Below, in pieces: positions 31,229 through 32,000 of a stretch of DNA of 32,000 nt. Numbering within the stretch: the first letter of the stretch is position 1; each line of letters starts with the position of its first letter. The notes under the pieces were generated by a model. It was given only the letters and a program-made list of their open reading frames with translations. It had not been told where the DNA came from and did no database searches. Both the position numbers and the translations under genes were made by a program. The DNA is taken from contig NC_012803.1 in NCBI RefSeq assembly GCF_000023205.1, positions 1,740,001 to 1,772,000 of the forward strand, read 5' to 3'. Source of the DNA: Micrococcus luteus NCTC 2665 (GTDB taxonomy: Bacteria; Actinomycetota; Actinomycetes; Actinomycetales; Micrococcaceae).

Positions 31229-32000
31229 GCACGACCACCACCGCCCCCGGCCGCCTGTTCGGCTACGCACGCCGCGAGTTCGTCCGCAACGTGCGGATGA
31301 TCGAGGGCTCGTTCTTCATCGTCGTCCTCCCCGTGGCGCTCTACCTCATGTTCGGCGCGCTCTCCGACTGGGGAGACCGCCCCGTCGGCCACGGGAACGT
31401 GTCCGCGTACACCATGACCGGCATGGCCGTGTACGGGGCGGTCATGGCCACCACGTCGATCGCCGGCTCGGCCGCCGTCGAGCGCCAGTCCGGCTGGGGC
31501 CGCCAGCTCTCCCTGACCGCGCTCACCCCGGGCGCCTACCTCGCCGGCAAGTGCCTCGTGGCCCTGGCCATGGCCGCCCTGCCCGTGCTCGCCGTGCTCG
31601 CCGCGGGCGCGCTCACGGGCGCCGAGCTCATCGGCCCGCTGCGCTGGCTCACGACGGGCGCCCTCGCCCTGGTGTCCTCGCTGCCGTTCGCGCTGTTCGG
31701 CCTGGCGGCCGCCCTGCTCTTCCGTTCGGAGGCCGCCGTGTCCGCGGCGTCGGGCATCCTGGTGGTGTTCGGCTTCCTCGGGAACCTCTTCGTCCCGCTC
31801 TCGGGCATCATGCTGGACATCGGGCGCTTCACTCCGGTGTACGGGGCCGGCGCCCTCGCCCGATGGCCGCAGATGGAGGGAGAGAGGGCACAGATGGGAA
31901 CGGAACCCGCCGCCGCCGCGGACCCGCTGTGGCTGCCGATCGTGAACCTGCTGGCCTGGACGGCCGTGTTCACGGTGGTCTGCCTGCTCGCCTCCCGCTC
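31225..32000 (+). CDS. ABC-2 type transporter permease (partial, runs off the right edge)
   Basis: Absent from the ORF track. ATG 31225 overlaps the ATPase stop (ATGA). My translation MSTTTTAPGRLFGYARREFVRNVRMIEGSFFIVVLPVALYLMFG... shows multiple TM segments and high GC3 to the end of the window. Confidence 0.75.
   Translation, partial: MSTTTTAPGRLFGYARREFVRNVRMIEGSFFIVVLPVALYLMFGALSDWGDRPVGHGNVSAYTMTGMAVYGAVMATTSIAGSAAVERQSGWGRQLSLTALTPGAYLAGKCLVALAMAALPVLAVLAAGALTGAELIGPLRWLTTGALALVSSLPFALFGLAAALLFRSEAAVSAASGILVVFGFLGNLFVPLSGIMLDIGRFTPVYGAGALARWPQMEGERAQMGTEPAAAADPLWLPIVNLLAWTAVFTVVCLLASR

Overview
This is a high-GC (about 70 percent by eye) actinobacterial chromosome segment. The gene content looks Micrococcales-like, but I cannot verify that without a search. 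It falls into three zones.

(1) 1-16.5 kb holds ordinary core and stress genes: a partial ABC1 kinase, a DUF4921/GalT-like protein, a CoA-transferase, a doxX-ohr / ohrR divergon, an alpha/beta hydrolase, an MDR oxidoreductase, DJ-1/PfpI, an ABC-F ATPase, patatin, an FNT channel, an aquaporin, the conserved triad histidine-phosphatase/DUF3090/SCO1664, a lipoprotein, Mug and a yefM-yoeB module. Several look damaged: an in-frame TGA in the FNT gene, an aquaporin without TM1, an ABC-F relic, a frameshifted lipoprotein and a yefM missing its 3-prime half.

(2) 16.6-27.4 kb is an IS-riddled accessory mosaic. It contains one intact IS256-family element of type A and three copies or fragments of a second IS256-family type B, one of which is split by an ISL3 element with a clean 8-bp target duplication. 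Two same-orientation type-B copies bracket a 2.8-kb cargo: a Cys-less FGE-sulfatase-fold protein translationally coupled to a 7-blade RCC1-repeat protein, an NTF2/SnoaL-like protein and a truncated GNAT. All of these sit downstream of copies of a 26-nt repeat that also forms a hairpin cluster. Next come a 5-prime-truncated serine recombinase and a strikingly low-GC DUF4238-like gene.

(3) 27.5-32 kb is core again: ychF, a 5 x 30-nt tandem repeat, a GMC-oxidoreductase 3-prime relic, hsp20 and an ABC-2 exporter pair.

I found no rRNA, tRNA or CRISPR array. Many long ORFs in the track are antisense or off-frame shadows typical of high-GC DNA and are not called. The best candidates for something undescribed are the FGE-like/RCC1 pair with its 26-nt repeat family, and the low-GC DUF4238 gene. 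Both are hypotheses only.
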